From Catajapyx aquilonaris (Eukaryota): a DNA stretch of 53,045 bases. The stretch lies in assembly GCA_000934665.2 (NCBI GenBank), contig JYFJ02002789.1, positions 1 to 53,045 on the forward strand, given 5' to 3'. Made by a program: the position numbers and the translations under genes. Of this stretch, positions 25,316-38,689 are shown one piece after another. Below the pieces are notes generated by a model. It was not told where the DNA came from, did no database searches, and worked only from the letters and a program-made list of their open reading frames with translations. Positions within the stretch are counted from its first letter, which is position 1; every line of letters begins with the position of its first letter.

Positions 25316-26380
25316 TTATAATAATTAGAATAATAATTATGTCGTCCAAATAATAATAATAACAACAACATTCTCTTGATCTATGTCACCAGTGCTTGTA
25401 ATGTGGTTTAAGTGATTCTTTATTTAAAATACAAATGACAAGCGTTCCACATGCACTCGATCGACTCCGGTCATTACTCCATGTGTAGGGGTGGCTGTTA
25501 AGCTCAGATCCAATAAACCCTCGCTTGCTGATAGGCCTAATAGGCAAAAAAAACTGTTGCCTTCGCATGCCAGTTAGTTTTTATTGATAATTTCTGTTGG
25601 GCGAGGGGATAAAAACGGACGAAAGTCAAGTATAAATGCCGGTCGTAAAAAGGGCTATTTACATAATTTTCCCTGCAAGCCTGGGGAATTATTCGCGAGA
25701 GCTACGGCATCCATAAAGCTGAAAAAGAGGATTGTTCTGATTCTCTATATGTTCCTCCATTTCTCCCCATTTATTTTCTTCTTTTTTTTGGGGGGGGGGN
25801 GGGAGGCCGGCTCGTTACTTTTAGGATTGCAACTAATTTTTCTCTCGAATTCTAAGTGCATACGGTTCGGACATATTGGCAATATTACTGATTTACTCTG
25901 AGAAAATGGGTAAAGTTGGCTCTAGTGGTTGAGTGAAAATTTCTGCAGATTCTCCACCCCTCTTTTAATGCACCCGGATTGGCCCCCTTTATCTACTTCG
26001 ACAGCCGCTCGTATTTTCCCCCGGAAAGTTACGTGAATCCGCATTGAAAAAGGGCTTTTGGACGCCATCCGTTTACATAATCAAGCGAACAAGAATGCAC
26101 TAGGGGAAGCTCAGCATCAAAGAGGCGGGGCTCACATTGTTCGTGGAAACTTCAGCCCAGGGTGAGTGCCGTACAAGCTTTTGCAGTCAAATGTATCAAT
26201 GATGTAGGAGGTAAAAGTGGTCAGGATTCATATTGTCTTCTTCCACGATTATGGTTCCGAACAAAACTGAAGGATGTTGAAAGGAACGCTGTTTGTATGG
26301 GGCAGATTTTGGATCTAATGATGAGCGGTTAGTGTGTACAGTAACGGCTAGCGTATTCGTCATACCGGTACTTGATTTGT

Positions 26381-26464
26381 GGCATTCGCCATACTCGATT
26401 CTCGGCATTCGTCATACTCGATTCTGGGCATCCGTCATACTCGATTCTGGGCATCCGTCATACT
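26381..26464. repeat. 23-bp minisatellite, ~3.6 copies
   Basis: GGCATYCGYCATACTCGATTCTS at 26381, 26404, 26427 and 26450 (partial). A degenerate copy lies near 26352. Confidence 0.9.
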
Positions 26465-27774
26465 ACTATAGATGACTTTTAGGTACCCGGTATTACTCAG
26501 TACCGGCTTTATATGGCTGACATGGAGTCAACCCCATGATGAGGAAGTTTGTGGCACTGAAACTGTACAGTAGCTACTGGCATGCTACTGTTCGTCGAAC
26601 ATGACGGCAACTTTCCGGACACGCTCAGAGTGAAACAGGGTTGCACCACTTTGACAGCGACAGCAAACGGAATACCGAAGTTTCATGTGGAAGTCTCCTT
26701 GCTCCCCCCCCCCCCCCGACACCGACGAAAGGGCGTCTGCCCTGTGCTGCAAATGTGATCACCAGCCTGACACTCGACACGGTCAAAATACCATGCTCAT
26801 GGTGGCAAAACATGTTGATGCACTATTTACCTGAGTTGAAAATGAATTGAGACTACCAACTAGGGGGTACCATATACCTGTAAGATCGATTCATTGCGTC
26901 AACAGAGTCTAGACAACGGGCTCTTATGTGGGGCGGAGGGGATCTAATATGGCCGCTCAATTGCACAGAAGATTGCACAGGAGGAGGGTTGAAATTGGCT
27001 GAGTAACTCAAGAGTCATGTACTGCTCCTTCAAGGCGGTTTGTAACGCTAGAGAATCTAATTAAACCACGATTTTGCCTGAGTGTAGTGTCTGTCAGTTG
27101 ACAAAATTTGGCTGGGTGTATACGATTGGCAGTAATTATGAACCTGCTCTGATAATGAAGTAGATTAGACTGTATTTATGCAGGTTGGCTAGGAAACTAT
27201 CTATGACATCTGGGGCAACAGCTACAACTTGAATATTCCACTGCACCGAGTGGGAATGCCGATGAACCCCTCATAATTCAGTATTACAGTCGTGTGTAGG
27301 CCTAATGTGGCAAAAACTTGGAATAGCCGACCTCTATCAACTTTCCAAGCACAAAGCTCTCAAAGGGCATATTTTCCTGCTCTAAAGTGAGACGAGAGTC
27401 ATTGCACAATCTAGCATTGCACAACTGAGTGGTGGGGTATTCATGTTTTAATCTCGAGTTTCCAGATTAAAATTAAAGATATCACTTTTGTGGGTGTACA
27501 CTGTACAGTGGTCCTCTGGCTCTTTGTGGAGAGAGGTCATGTTACTCTCTCAAAGCAGAGCTCAGTAGCTGTTTCATCAAAACAGGGAGTAAGAAGAACA
27601 AAAAAAAATAAGCTGGATTTAGCATACACTGCATATGTACAGTGACCTGAGACATGTGTAAATTGTTGTTTAGGAGGAGTGCAATAACAGCGAAAATGTA
27701 GCATAGTAATGAGCAGGCCCCGGACACATGCCGGACACTGCTCCCTATACCAGTACATTGCTCTCCGCTCCCCC

Positions 27775-27994
27775 TGTGGACCTTAGTTGATCTACCTACC
27801 GAGGGGGTTTTCCACAGTGGCGCTGCATCTCGGACCCGCGGGTATATCTGAACCATTTTGCATCATCACCTGCGTGATGATGCAAAATGGTTCAGATATG
27901 CCCGCTAGGTAAGGCGCCACCTGCCTTAGGGTCCGAGATGCAGCGCCACCGTGGCAAACCCCCTATAGGTGGGGGAGATCAGCTAAGGTGCACA
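27775..27994. repeat. Long fold-back palindrome with a 4-nt loop, probably a MITE
   Basis: ...ATATCTGAACCATTTTGCATCATCAC-CTGC-GTGATGATGCAAAATGGTTCAGATAT... The outer arms also pair. The right arm has an extra ~23 nt. No clear TSD. Confidence 0.8.
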
Positions 27995-28776
27995 CAAAAA
28001 AAAGAGGGGAGGGGGAGTTGTCGCCACCTGGTAATGAGGTATACATTATGTCAGAATAGGTTCGAAACAACATTATCTACTAAAAACAGTATATGTGCAG
28101 AATATGCAGTATATGTGCAGTAATGTGCAAGTAGCCTATGACTAGAACATGTCTGATTTCTGCCATAGCTATTGTTAAAGGAGCTGCAAAGTTTATTAAC
28201 GATTTCCTGCACAGAGTTCAATTCACTATAGATTATCAACCCTATAGGATGACTGAGCGGAAGTGGGCAAAAAGTTCATCTGGTCTGAACGTCAATATTT
28301 GATTTGGCGTGAAGGTATGTTGAACATAGTTGGTTTTCCTAGAGTCCGATTTTTTTTTCTCTCTCTCTCTCTCTTCCGCCAACCGGATTACCAGGATCTC
28401 TAATTAAGCTGTACCTCCCAGGAGAAGTATTAGCAAATATTTATTCGCGCTCTTGTTTTCCACTAGGAAATTACTTTCCAATAACCATTTTTGGCTTCAG
28501 CCCCCTCCAGGTGATTCAAGTTACGCTACACAACCGCATTACTGATAACAGCAGGTGTTTTAGCCTTTCTTTATTACCGGCGGCAGCACCCTACAGTCAT
28601 GAGCTGGTGTTTCAGACGTTTCTAAAAGGTACTGTAGGCCTACCTATTAGAGCACTTACGATGTTTCAAATACAATAAAAAAATTACAACTTCGCATATG
28701 TTGCCACATTTCATGTAATTAGTTACTGTACCATACATCAATATCACGGCTCAAGTCGAGAAAAATTTTTAATATA

Positions 28777-29509
28777 CAGGGTGAATACTGTAACTTTAGC
28801 AAAAATCACAGGGTGGGTAGTGTAGACCAAGACAAGTATTTTTGACATAGGAACCCATGTCCGGAAATGCCCCCGTACGGGGGTACGGCCGTTTCCCGCA
28901 CAATATTTGGATGCAGCCAAAAGCCTGAACAACAATCGTTGTTTGGCTGTTTACATAGCAATTCAAGATCCCAACCCGCTTAAAGCACGTCAACACTCCA
29001 AAAACTGTCGTCTCTGATTCGCTGGAGTAAGAATGACACCAAGGAATCAGAGACGACCTTACATAACAAGTTGGCGACTCTCTTCTTTAAGGGTCTCTAG
29101 TTGCGCCTGGTGGATAGGCAACCCACCGTACTCGAAACTTGCGTTCATCAGGTGTGTCGCGTGTGAAGGAGACGAAGGTGGACAATTGCGAGTGTCAAGT
29201 GCCGAACGGAGGATTTTATTAGATCTAGGTCAGCCAACTCTGTTACACAGATTTTAGTCATGAAAGATGGAACTCATGGATGACACAATTTTATTACCAT
29301 GCGTCATTGTGTTGGGATCTTGAGTTGCTATGTAAACAGCCAAACAACAATTGTTGTTCAGGCTTTTGGCTGCATCCAAATATTGTGCGGGAAACGGCCG
29401 TACCCCCGTACGGGGGCATTTCCGGACATGGGTTCCTATGTCAAAAATACTTGTCTAGGTCTACACTACCCACCCTGTGATTTTTGCCAAAGTTACAGTA
29501 TTCACCCTG
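28777..29509. mobile_element. Non-autonomous Tc1/mariner-type element, 733 bp, 199-bp TIRs, TA TSD
   Basis: TA|CAGGGTGAATACTGTAAC...GTTACAGTATTCACCCTG|TA. TIRs at 28777-28975 and 29311-29509 have few mismatches. This explains the mirrored ORFs 28796-28996(-) and 29299-29520(+). Confidence 0.93.
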
Positions 29510-32173
29510 TATATTTATGAGCCCCATTTGTGAGCTTAGATATACAGCTACATTTCTCTGGCTTATACAGTCTGGTATTCCAATTAAGCGATATCAAGTT
29601 GAAGATGAAAAACAATCCAACACAATACCAAGCAATGTCCAATGTGCATATTGTTAGTATAAGGCGATGCTATATATTTTTTATTTTACGACCAGCAGTA
29701 AATTTAATGTCACTCTTGTCCAAAGTGGGTCCGCATTTATGAAAGTATGAAAGGGTGCCAACACCATCTGCCCCGAACATTTCAAATTGTCGCATATTGC
29801 CAAAACCTGTTTCGTATTGCATGATGAAAAACTAAGATCACAAAATATGGTCCGGTCTAGATGGTGCGAGGGCAAGAGGGCCCATAAAGGACGCCTGTTT
29901 CGCATTTTTTTTTCTCCATCCGAGTCCTCTGGACACGAGCCCATATCCATACATATATGTATATATAAAGAAGGCGAATGTATATAGGCAGATAGGCCTT
30001 TTGGAGGGCAAACGACCGGGGCAGATTGTATCGGCCACCTCGTTTCTCTGCGGGAATCACACCTTTTCCCATGATATTTAAATCGTTTGCCCCTCTATCT
30101 TTATTACTCCCTTGCCTTAACTTTTATCGCCTGCCCCGATGCCTCTTGGGAACTACCTCGCATCTTTTTGGATACGGGCAACAGCTTCCAACGGCCAGTG
30201 CCGCATACACGAAGCCATTCTGACCCATACAGGCTGAAGGAAATGTAGCGGGTCCCATTGAAGTCTCACATTCCTTCGTGGACATCATGATGGCTATTTA
30301 CTTCACTGCTGGAATATCAGTAGCTTACATGGAGAAGCTGTCGGAAACAGCTATCGCAATTGAGATAAGAAGACGATCTTGTGCCATCCGATGTGTCATT
30401 CAGGGGTCAAAATTGCTGTCCAAAAATATTGCTAGCTAAGTAACTGCCAACACAAACTGTTGTAAATGAAACGGGATATGTAGCCGCATAGTTGCAAGCG
30501 CCACATGGGGCCAATAGTGCGGTTAGTTAACAAAATAATAGTGACGGAGTGGGACCCGAGCGTCCACCAACAATAACAACTAAAAGCACCTGTCATCTAA
30601 TAGCCATCACCATTAAAAGCGAATGATTCACCACTTTTTGACACCCATGAACAGCATAGCAACATAGGTAAACCTGAACATCTTCATCTGACCCAAACAT
30701 GGCGGAATTCACGTTCCTTGGCATGCTTTGTGTTAAGTGTAGACAACTTGACACAGTGTGCTGCCTTTCATTTTTAATTGACATGCAGTGTCATATTAAA
30801 TCACATTACATGACTCGAGTAGTTTTGCCAACTTTTCTTATTGAAACATGCCAACTTGTGTAAAGTGATCTGACTCTCCAACAATAATTTTTCCCCTCTC
30901 CTTATGTTTGCGGACATATTATACAGCATAATAAGTTGGCACGTAATGCGAAGACGTTGAGAGCTGGTTGCTACTCGTCTGCCAATTATGAGGAAATCAG
31001 GTTTTCTTCCTGGGCTGCTTCTCAAGGATGTCATCGTCGCAATCACCGTCATCATCATTTAGGATACGAAGCGTGGCCTAATTCCCTCATCATTCAGCCT
31101 AAAGCGGATTAGGCGACACCTCGGTTTCCACAGCCCTACTCCAAGTCTCTTCGTAGTTTGTGACAGGACTTGAGCTGATGCTTCAAAGGGAATATAGGAT
31201 AGACCCCCACCCTCCTCCCCCCTGTTCCAGCCTCACCTTGTTAGTTCCTCTGCACACTTGCTATATTCTACCAACTATAATCTCTAGCTGCTCCTTAAAA
31301 TCTTACCAGCAGTATCAAGGGTGTAAAACATGCACAAGTGGGGCTGACTTTCATGTAGGGGATGGTCCAGATGGTGGCAGTGGGTGGTCGCAGAAAGCTG
31401 CAGAGTTTGCAGTGTTATACTCCAGTGGTTATTATTTGTCGCATTTTCAACACCTACAGTGTGGCGATTAACAACAGCAAACATAGAAACAAAATAGTGT
31501 CGGTTTAGAATTTACTTTTAACAGCCACAAACGTACTAGAGTGGAACTACAGAATAATTAACACATGACAAGAAGGGCTAAAATATACGCCGATACTATA
31601 AGTTACTGATAGGTCATTGCCACAATGCCAACCACGACAGTGACAGGTTCTGCCAGTGCACCATCCTTTTTTTTAAATGTGTGTCTTCGCCTAATGAAGT
31701 ACAGAACTTGTAACAATCCTTCAATGAAGGGACCAAATTAAAAAGGGAGAGATCGGGGGTAATTATGTAAAATGTCATGTTCCAGACCCTGATATGCCCC
31801 GCGCGGTATCCGTTAATGAAGAGGAAAAAAATTTCGCCCCGTGGAGAGTTCCAATCCGATTACGAGGGACTATTTTTTAAATCCCCACCTTGATGGAATA
31901 TCTCGTGCACTGTAATTAGACACTGCAACTTGCACAAAAAATAGAGGAAAAAACCCTAAGATTAAAATCGCCGCATGTATCGCGAGGAATAGCTCACTAA
32001 AAAGGCTCAATTTTTAAATCCATACTGTAATTACTTTAGCCATCAGTAAGTTTTTTTTTATTATCAAGTTTCTTGGAAAAGTTCGTGACATAAGAACACC
32101 ATATTATATAGCTGGTGAGTGATATCTATGTTCTAAAATACGATTTACACACGCAATTTATTATGGAATAGTA

Positions 32174-32339
32174 CACAAAAATATTCCGTTGAACCAACCA
32201 AAATAATGTGTCATTCAACCAAATCTGGATGTTAATACAGGTTACTATGAAGTAACCAGATAATTTTGGTTGATAAGATATTTAAATTCTCTCAACCATA
32301 TCGTTTTGGTTACTTCAACCATTTCTATTTTTTAAAGTG
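32174..32339. mobile_element. Small non-autonomous DNA transposon with CAC...GTG ends (CACTA/EnSpm-like)
   Basis: TA|CACAAAAA...TTTTTAAAGTG|TA, with several internal CAACCA/TGGTT subterminal repeats in both orientations. Confidence 0.45.
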
Positions 32340-32822
32340 TATAAGTACTAAAGTCATTGCATGCTTATTTTGTGGCACTGTTTGGAATGTGCAAAACATA
32401 TTGCACCTTGCACGCAAGTTGCCTTAACTGCAGTGTAAGGTGTTTCGGAGTGGTAGACCACAATGCCTTACGTAATTCCCATAAACTAGTGCGCAAGTCG
32501 CTGCAAATATAGTTCTAGTAACGTAAAGCCAAGTTTAATTGCAGGTAAAAATATCTCATTTAGCTTCATAAATTAATCAAGTTTAAAATGCAATTAGCCC
32601 TGGCAAATACGGTTTATGGGTCTGTCCCGTTTAGTGACTGCTCCATAACTTACTAAAGGCAAAATTAACTGTCATATCCGGCTTTAATTAGGTGTCGCAA
32701 TGATGCTGTCCGTTAGAAATGAGGAGCCGTTTGTTTCAGCCTGGTCTACTTGGCCACCCACATTTTCCGCAGTCGTGTCACACTCCATAATTCAAACTGA
32801 CGCAAAGGTGCTGCGTACTCAC

Positions 32823-32840
32823 CTATCGTAGTAGTAGTCC
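32823..32840 (-). CDS. HNRNPC-like: 18-nt coding microexon (phase 2 to 2), (W)DYYYD(S), same gene
   Basis: tttttattcttttgcag|G GAC TAC TAC TAC GAT AG|gtgagt. Strong polypyrimidine tract and donor. Joins TG|G (Trp) upstream and AG|C (Ser) downstream. Resembles the DYYD motif after the hnRNP C RRM. Confidence 0.88.
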   Translation of the reverse strand, partial: GLLLR

Positions 32841-34546
32841 CTGCAAAAGAATAAAAATGACATATATTAATACACAAGCTGGTGGTGTGAAACAAACTAC
32901 ATGCTACAGTACACATACTACACAACAACAACAACACATCTCCACATCGCTTGACCTGCACGCGGACCCCCAATTTGTCGAGAAAAACATCTGGCACGCA
33001 GCCTATACAGTCCAACGCAAGCCCAGTGTTAAAATGGATTTCAAGAGTTTCCCATACAAAGTACACAATGGAAAAATGAATAATGAGGCACATGCGGAGA
33101 GAGAGCCCGCCGGACTGTCGGATCATCCGTCTGTTCGCCTACATTGCATGATACGCTCTCTGGTGCATAAATCGTGCTATCCACCCTAGTGACTCGGTCC
33201 TTACGGCAGGGATATGTATTTTTCAACTGCCTTTCTTTTCTGTTAGGGAGCCTCTTTTTTCATATATGGCCTGTGGGGTCGTGTAACCTAGTCAGGTGAT
33301 TGACCTGTACCAGACATCATATGGCAACAGTAGCCTACTATACGAATATTACTGTCGGGCGAATGTGCATCGGGCGAACTGTGACGGATCCACTGTAAGC
33401 TTATAAAAATACAGTACCGGTACGTCAAATCTCAAACAAATTTTAATGACATGAAATGTGTTATCTCCGGAGCAGTGTGATTTTGCACAGGGTGGCAATG
33501 ATATTTCATTTGGCCTCAAGTGACCTCATAGCGAACTACGACCAAGCCTGAATCATTGCAGGTGCCACACGTTTGCCGACGTACAATCTGGTCCATTTTT
33601 AATTGCAATCAGGGAGAATTAATAGCCCTGTGCAAAAGATTGCTCCCATGGAGTCATTCGGTTAGCTACAAGATCTATGAAACCGCTCCCGGGTGGAAGT
33701 CTCATTAATTAACCTCAACATGCTCGGAAATTTAACCTGACCGAGACTTGAGCTATAAATTCGATGCCTTCCAACATCAAGAAGAGAGTTTTGTTAATGT
33801 GGAAAATGTTAGTTTGAAAATTTAATTTCATATTTATTTTGCAATCAAATTGTTCAGTAAATATTTTATCCTGATCAATCCCATTATTTGTATCAAAAAA
33901 TTCGTTTTCTTTTAGTTTTACAAAATGGTAGGAAGGAACTCTATTTTCAAATGCATATGACTGCGTCACTCCCGTGCCGTACCGGTATATGATTTATTTG
34001 GTATCCTGCAAAAAATGCGTAAGCCTATACTGTGTGTTGCATCAAATGTCATTGTACAAAATGCGCCAGCAGTGATTATGTTTTAAAATGTCAACTTAGC
34101 TGCATCATAAAACTGCATTTATTATCATCCTCTCAGTGTGTACGTGATATTCGGTAGTGCATAGAAGTGTGCTCTGCTCTATGAACTTATGGACAAGGAC
34201 AAAGACATTGCGCGCCTGATGCACCTACATTATTGTCATAATTCTGCACTGCTAAACCCTCAACATAAAAACGGTACACAAAGGTTCAAAGGCAATAGGT
34301 GGTATAGTGTACACCCACGACTATACTTTTATGTCCTGCATAACAAAGGAAATAATTTCGCTCAGCCTAAACAAATCTGTATACTAATACTCCCTGCGTG
34401 TCCTATTGAAAGACAGATTTGGTCCAGTGGCGCCATTGCCGGTAGAATCTTTAACTATAGTAGTGGCATGAAAATGGCGCAGTGCTACTGTCACACGAAA
34501 AACACGCAAAATTAATGTGTCATAAGGTCAAAGCTTCTTCCCCTTT

Positions 34547-34783
34547 ATGTCGTTTGTGTCAGACTATAATGGAGGAAAAGCCACTGATTCTCAAATTCTG
34601 GAGAGTACCTTCACCAACTTGCTTGAGCTTGATGTCTTTATGGCTGACAAGGGCTTTTCACAGATCTCAATAGAAGTTGTAGGTACTGTTACAGCAATGC
34701 CTTCGTTTGCTGTGCCAGGGGAACAACAGTTCTTGGAGGCTCAAGTGACTGAAACTTAGCACATTAAGCATTTTCAGGTGCTG
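34547..34783 (+). pseudogene. DDE_Tnp_4 (PIF/Harbinger, ISL2EU-like) transposase fragment
   Basis: SFVSDYNGGKATDSQIL-ES-F--LL---FMADKGF-----------MPSF-----QF----V-ET*HIKHFQVL matches the family motifs FVS..YGG..SD, MADKGF, P.F, QF and IK.F.IL. It has an internal stop and lacks the HVER segment. Confidence 0.78.
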
Positions 34784-35865
34784 CCAAAAGTTGACGTTGA
34801 CAGTTGACATTGATAAAAACCTGTGCAAAGCCTGGCATATTTTTATATACTTGGTCCAGAGAAATTTTAGACATACATGATCAACTGTTAATGACACTGT
34901 TATGTCTACACAACTGTCACTGTCAAGGCCCAACAAATATTGCGTTGAATATCAGATAGTAGATTATAAATTATGCTCCATGACTTTTAACAGACTGTTT
35001 GCCTTCAGTGGTGTATGCCATTCTCTTGCACCTTGAAGCATGCACCACGTCAGTATTTTCAACCAGTGTCAGTAGTTACTCCTCCCCTAATATAATTACC
35101 TCCCTATGCCACTATCATATCATAAAATCCCGAGCGTGAGGTTGGGTTCGGGTTCGGGATATTGCAATTGGTCCCTCCGGGGAAAGCCTGTCGTTGGAGA
35201 ATCCCTCAAATGATAAATGTCTTAATAACGATGATGATAATATTGAACTACTTCCACGTAATAGCTTGTTTAGACCCTTCCAACGCGCTATTGGGATACC
35301 AATAACACCGCATATTAATACCTCTCCTATAGGCCTACAAGGACAGAACCCTAAGACAGCACATAAGGACACATGATTTACAGCTGGAAAACCCGCCCAA
35401 TGACACGTTATAATTGAATGGACCAAATGGACCCATGAGTGATGGTCCAAAAATCGGATTTGATTCTCACAATGCCTATGTATTACCCAAACGCATGCAG
35501 ATTTCTCACCCCGACGCAAATCGCAAAGTAGGTCATAGTAATTGTGTTTTAACAGTTCCCGCCATTAACAGTACACATTGCCTCAAAGGCAGTCAGCCCT
35601 GGATGTAATTAAACGGCCCGATAAAAAACATCTCGTTACTCCAATATGCTTGGAGTGTGCTTGGATGTGCGCCATAAACTAAATCCGATGTAACTGTATA
35701 CCATCTGCATACAAGTGAAACCCACTAAATATTTAAAAATCAGTTTCTAGATAATCGAAGAAAAATATAGTACTTGCTAACATGCTATGGGGGGCGTTAT
35801 AATAATAATGGTTGGGTTAGCTTGCGTCTCCCTTCATCGCTGACTACCCCTCATAGGGAAATGTC

Positions 35866-36011
<146 letters not shown>

Positions 36012-36562
36012 TGACGCATATATGTAACGGAATGACGTCATGGATTTAAAAAGAGGTCGATGCAATTCTCCAATTGGGACCGAAATCTCTTGCGTGTTAT
36101 TCCTTCTGGAGGTAAACCTAGGGGGTTCTCTAAGCCCAGTAATTTTGTTGATTATGCAGACTGGCGAGGTCCGCGGTTGAAAATCCCAGCTCCGATTCCA
36201 ACGTCACGAACAAATCGCCTGGATAATGTTGGCCAGGATTTCCTCCGGACTTGCCCAAGCAGTTGATGCGAATTTCCAGGGATCATAACTAATCCGGACA
36301 AGTGACAATTAATAAAAATACCGATCCCTGAGAGATGTGGAGGGAGAATCATAATGAGGTTCATCTCGTGAGAGCGGCTTTTTTTTTGGGACTGTGAGAA
36401 TGTTTTAAATGGATTGTCCACTCACAGGTGAAAAATTGTGGCATGATCATTTTTCACGACAAAAATAGGGGATCCAACTTTACTATGCACCACAAAAAAG
36501 CGGAAAATAAAAAGTCAGCAGCAAATAAAACCAAAAAATGTTGTACAAAAAAAGGAACTCAC

Positions 36563-36641
36563 CAATCGTTGCCGGTTTTAGCTAAATTTTGTCTTTTCCT
36601 CCCCGTCTGGTGAGGTTTTGGCTCCGCGACCATGTTAACAT
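36563..36641 (-). CDS. HNRNPC-like: Coding exon (79 nt, phase 1 to 2) of an hnRNP C/RALY-like RRM + CCHC zinc-finger gene; end of RRM and basic linker
   Basis: Minus strand ttttttcag|AT GTT AAC ATG GTC GCG GAG CCA AAA CCT CAC CAG ACG GGG AGG AAA AGA CAA AAT TTA GCT AAA ACC GGC AAC GAT TG|gtgagt = (D)VNMVAEPKPHQTGRKRQNLAKTGND(W). Resembles the hnRNP C-type RRM end (D-x-N-x-x-A-E-P-K). Splice sites are canonical and the phase fits the next exon. Confidence 0.92.
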
Positions 36642-37156
36642 CTGAAAAAACATGCAAAAATTAGTTCCACTTGATTAAAAAAAACAGATCAAAAATTCAA
36701 TGGCATTTGACACGAGACCAAAAAAATGCATAGGAAGCTGTAGACAGGAAGAGTCAAAACTTGATAAAATGACAGAGGCCTGTGTTGCTCACAATGGCAT
36801 CCCGATGGGATAAGCCAATTCCGGCTTTGAGAGATCTGAAAACTTCATCCTACTCTATGTTGCAGAAATATAAAAAAAAGTAGATTACGAACACCATCAA
36901 TAAAGCTCAGCTAGTTTATGCATGTGGAAAAAAAAACCTGTGGCAGCACTTTCAATTCAGAAAATATACAGGTAAAACTGCGCCGGCAAAAACACAAAGG
37001 TAGCATCAGCTTGCACCTCGCAACTGTGGATGAACAATTTTAAAAAACACACATACACACATGGCTGGTACAAGTTTGGCTCCAAAAAGCACTAAAATAT
37101 GCATAAAGTGTTTTAAAAAGGGGTACCTTTGTGTAACGACTCATATGTCAACGAGA

Positions 37157-37667
37157 TTAGCAAGCCCGTCGCCAATAGGCACATACTGGACGTGAATATA
37201 CCGAATGTAAAAGAATACGTTTGATCGGATTTATGATCGGTTAGAACGTGCAAGTAGCAGGCGATAGTTCTGATTGAGTAAAGGTTTGTTGGACCTGCAA
37301 TATTGAAGATCTTTGAGGTAACTTATACTACCCACATCCTAACTCCTCAAAAAAATAGGCATGTCCTAAATATTGTGACGGTAGATTTGGCAAAAAAATG
37401 TGGCATCGAAGCGACATCCGACGGTGAAGTGTAGAAGTAAGCGGGTCGCCCGGAACGACAGGAATGGGAATTCCGTGGAACGGACGCGGTCGTTTTTTTT
37501 TTTTTGCATTTTTTGAGTTTTACATAGTCCCTCGGCACAGTTTTCAAAAAAACAAAAGGGGTTTGCAAATATCGAAAACACGGGCAAAATTTGGACGTCA
37601 CTCCCAAAGCTGTAGGCCGTACGGTGCGGGAGGAGTTTCCATGACAGTAGGGTATTAATAATATAGA
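37157..37667 (-). mobile_element. Non-autonomous Helitron-like element, copy 1
   Basis: Minus strand starts A|TCTATATTATTAATACCCTACTGTCATG. Candidate 3' end GGCGACGGGCTTGCTAA|T with a degenerate hairpin. About 280 bp are homologous to 38700-39045. Confidence 0.68.
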
Positions 37668-38689
37668 TTTCTTTTGTACCGCACTGTACCCACCCATCTT
37701 ATTGGTAGAGCAGAGGCCCCCCACCCTCTGCTTCACCAATCAGATCGCTTAGGGTGTATGGTATGGAGTGGAGGGGGAGAGATCGCATAATTTATTTCTT
37801 AAGATGTGGGTATAGGCCTACTATACATAATGTATAAATATAGCTGGCATCAACAAATGTTTTTAGTCGGGTATATAAATATTAGCGATCATTTCCGACT
37901 AATATTGCGACGAAATCATCGAGAGTTCATAGCCCAAGAACGGAGGTCTTTTGTTGGTGAAATGGTCAAATGAACCTTCCACAAAAGAGGTGTTTTATAA
38001 AAAGACCAGAAGGGTACTCTGAGACGTTGTACTGTACCCGTTGAATAGTGGCAGAAGTTGGTTTCAAGTAGGTGGAGACGAGATGAGAAGCCAGAAAAGG
38101 GCGGGAATATATTCTTTGAATAGTCCTGGAAAAGGTTATGATTAATGACGAAAAACGCAATCTTCGGTCAGGAAGATCTCCCTGTAAAAGTAGTCTATCT
38201 CCAACCCACATTAAAGGGTTTAAACGGCTTGATTTCCCGTTAATTATTCATACAACGATATTGCTTTTTCCTGAATTTAACGCCCTCTAGTGATGGAACT
38301 GTAATTCATAAGATAACATAATTTAAATAACGGAATATCGCTTCTAGCAGGTCGCTCAGAATCTTTACACATCTCTTCCCCAAATTTAACTTCGACCACT
38401 GCCAGGGTTATTGCACCAAAACTTCTCAAGTGTGTCTTCGACTCAAAGAAAGACCCATCTGCGAAGGAAGAAAAAAACGCTCTGGCTGAGTATGCTATTA
38501 AAAGATGACTCTTATGATCATTTGGGATTCTAGGATAACAACATTGCTTATGTCAAAGTTGGAGATTAGTGAAATGCACGCAATTTGAACTAAGGACGAG
38601 GAAATGTATTTAAAAATGATCACACACTTTGCCCAATTCGTAATTTTTAGCCGGATTTTGCAATTTAAAAAATAACTAGGCACCAACTT

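Noticed and set aside
26381..26464. CRISPR-like 23-bp repeats
   Set aside because: Head-to-tail with no spacers, no cas genes, and a eukaryotic context.
30990..31484. Degenerate minus-strand coding-like pieces (MFAVV..., NYEETWSRAVE, DDDGDCDDD) recalling transposon-associated genes
   Set aside because: Several stops and too little motif match to assign without a search.
37966..38211. Faint RT-like phrase (STYL...QRVQYN.SEYPSG) on the minus strand
   Set aside because: No PQG or YADD motifs nearby.
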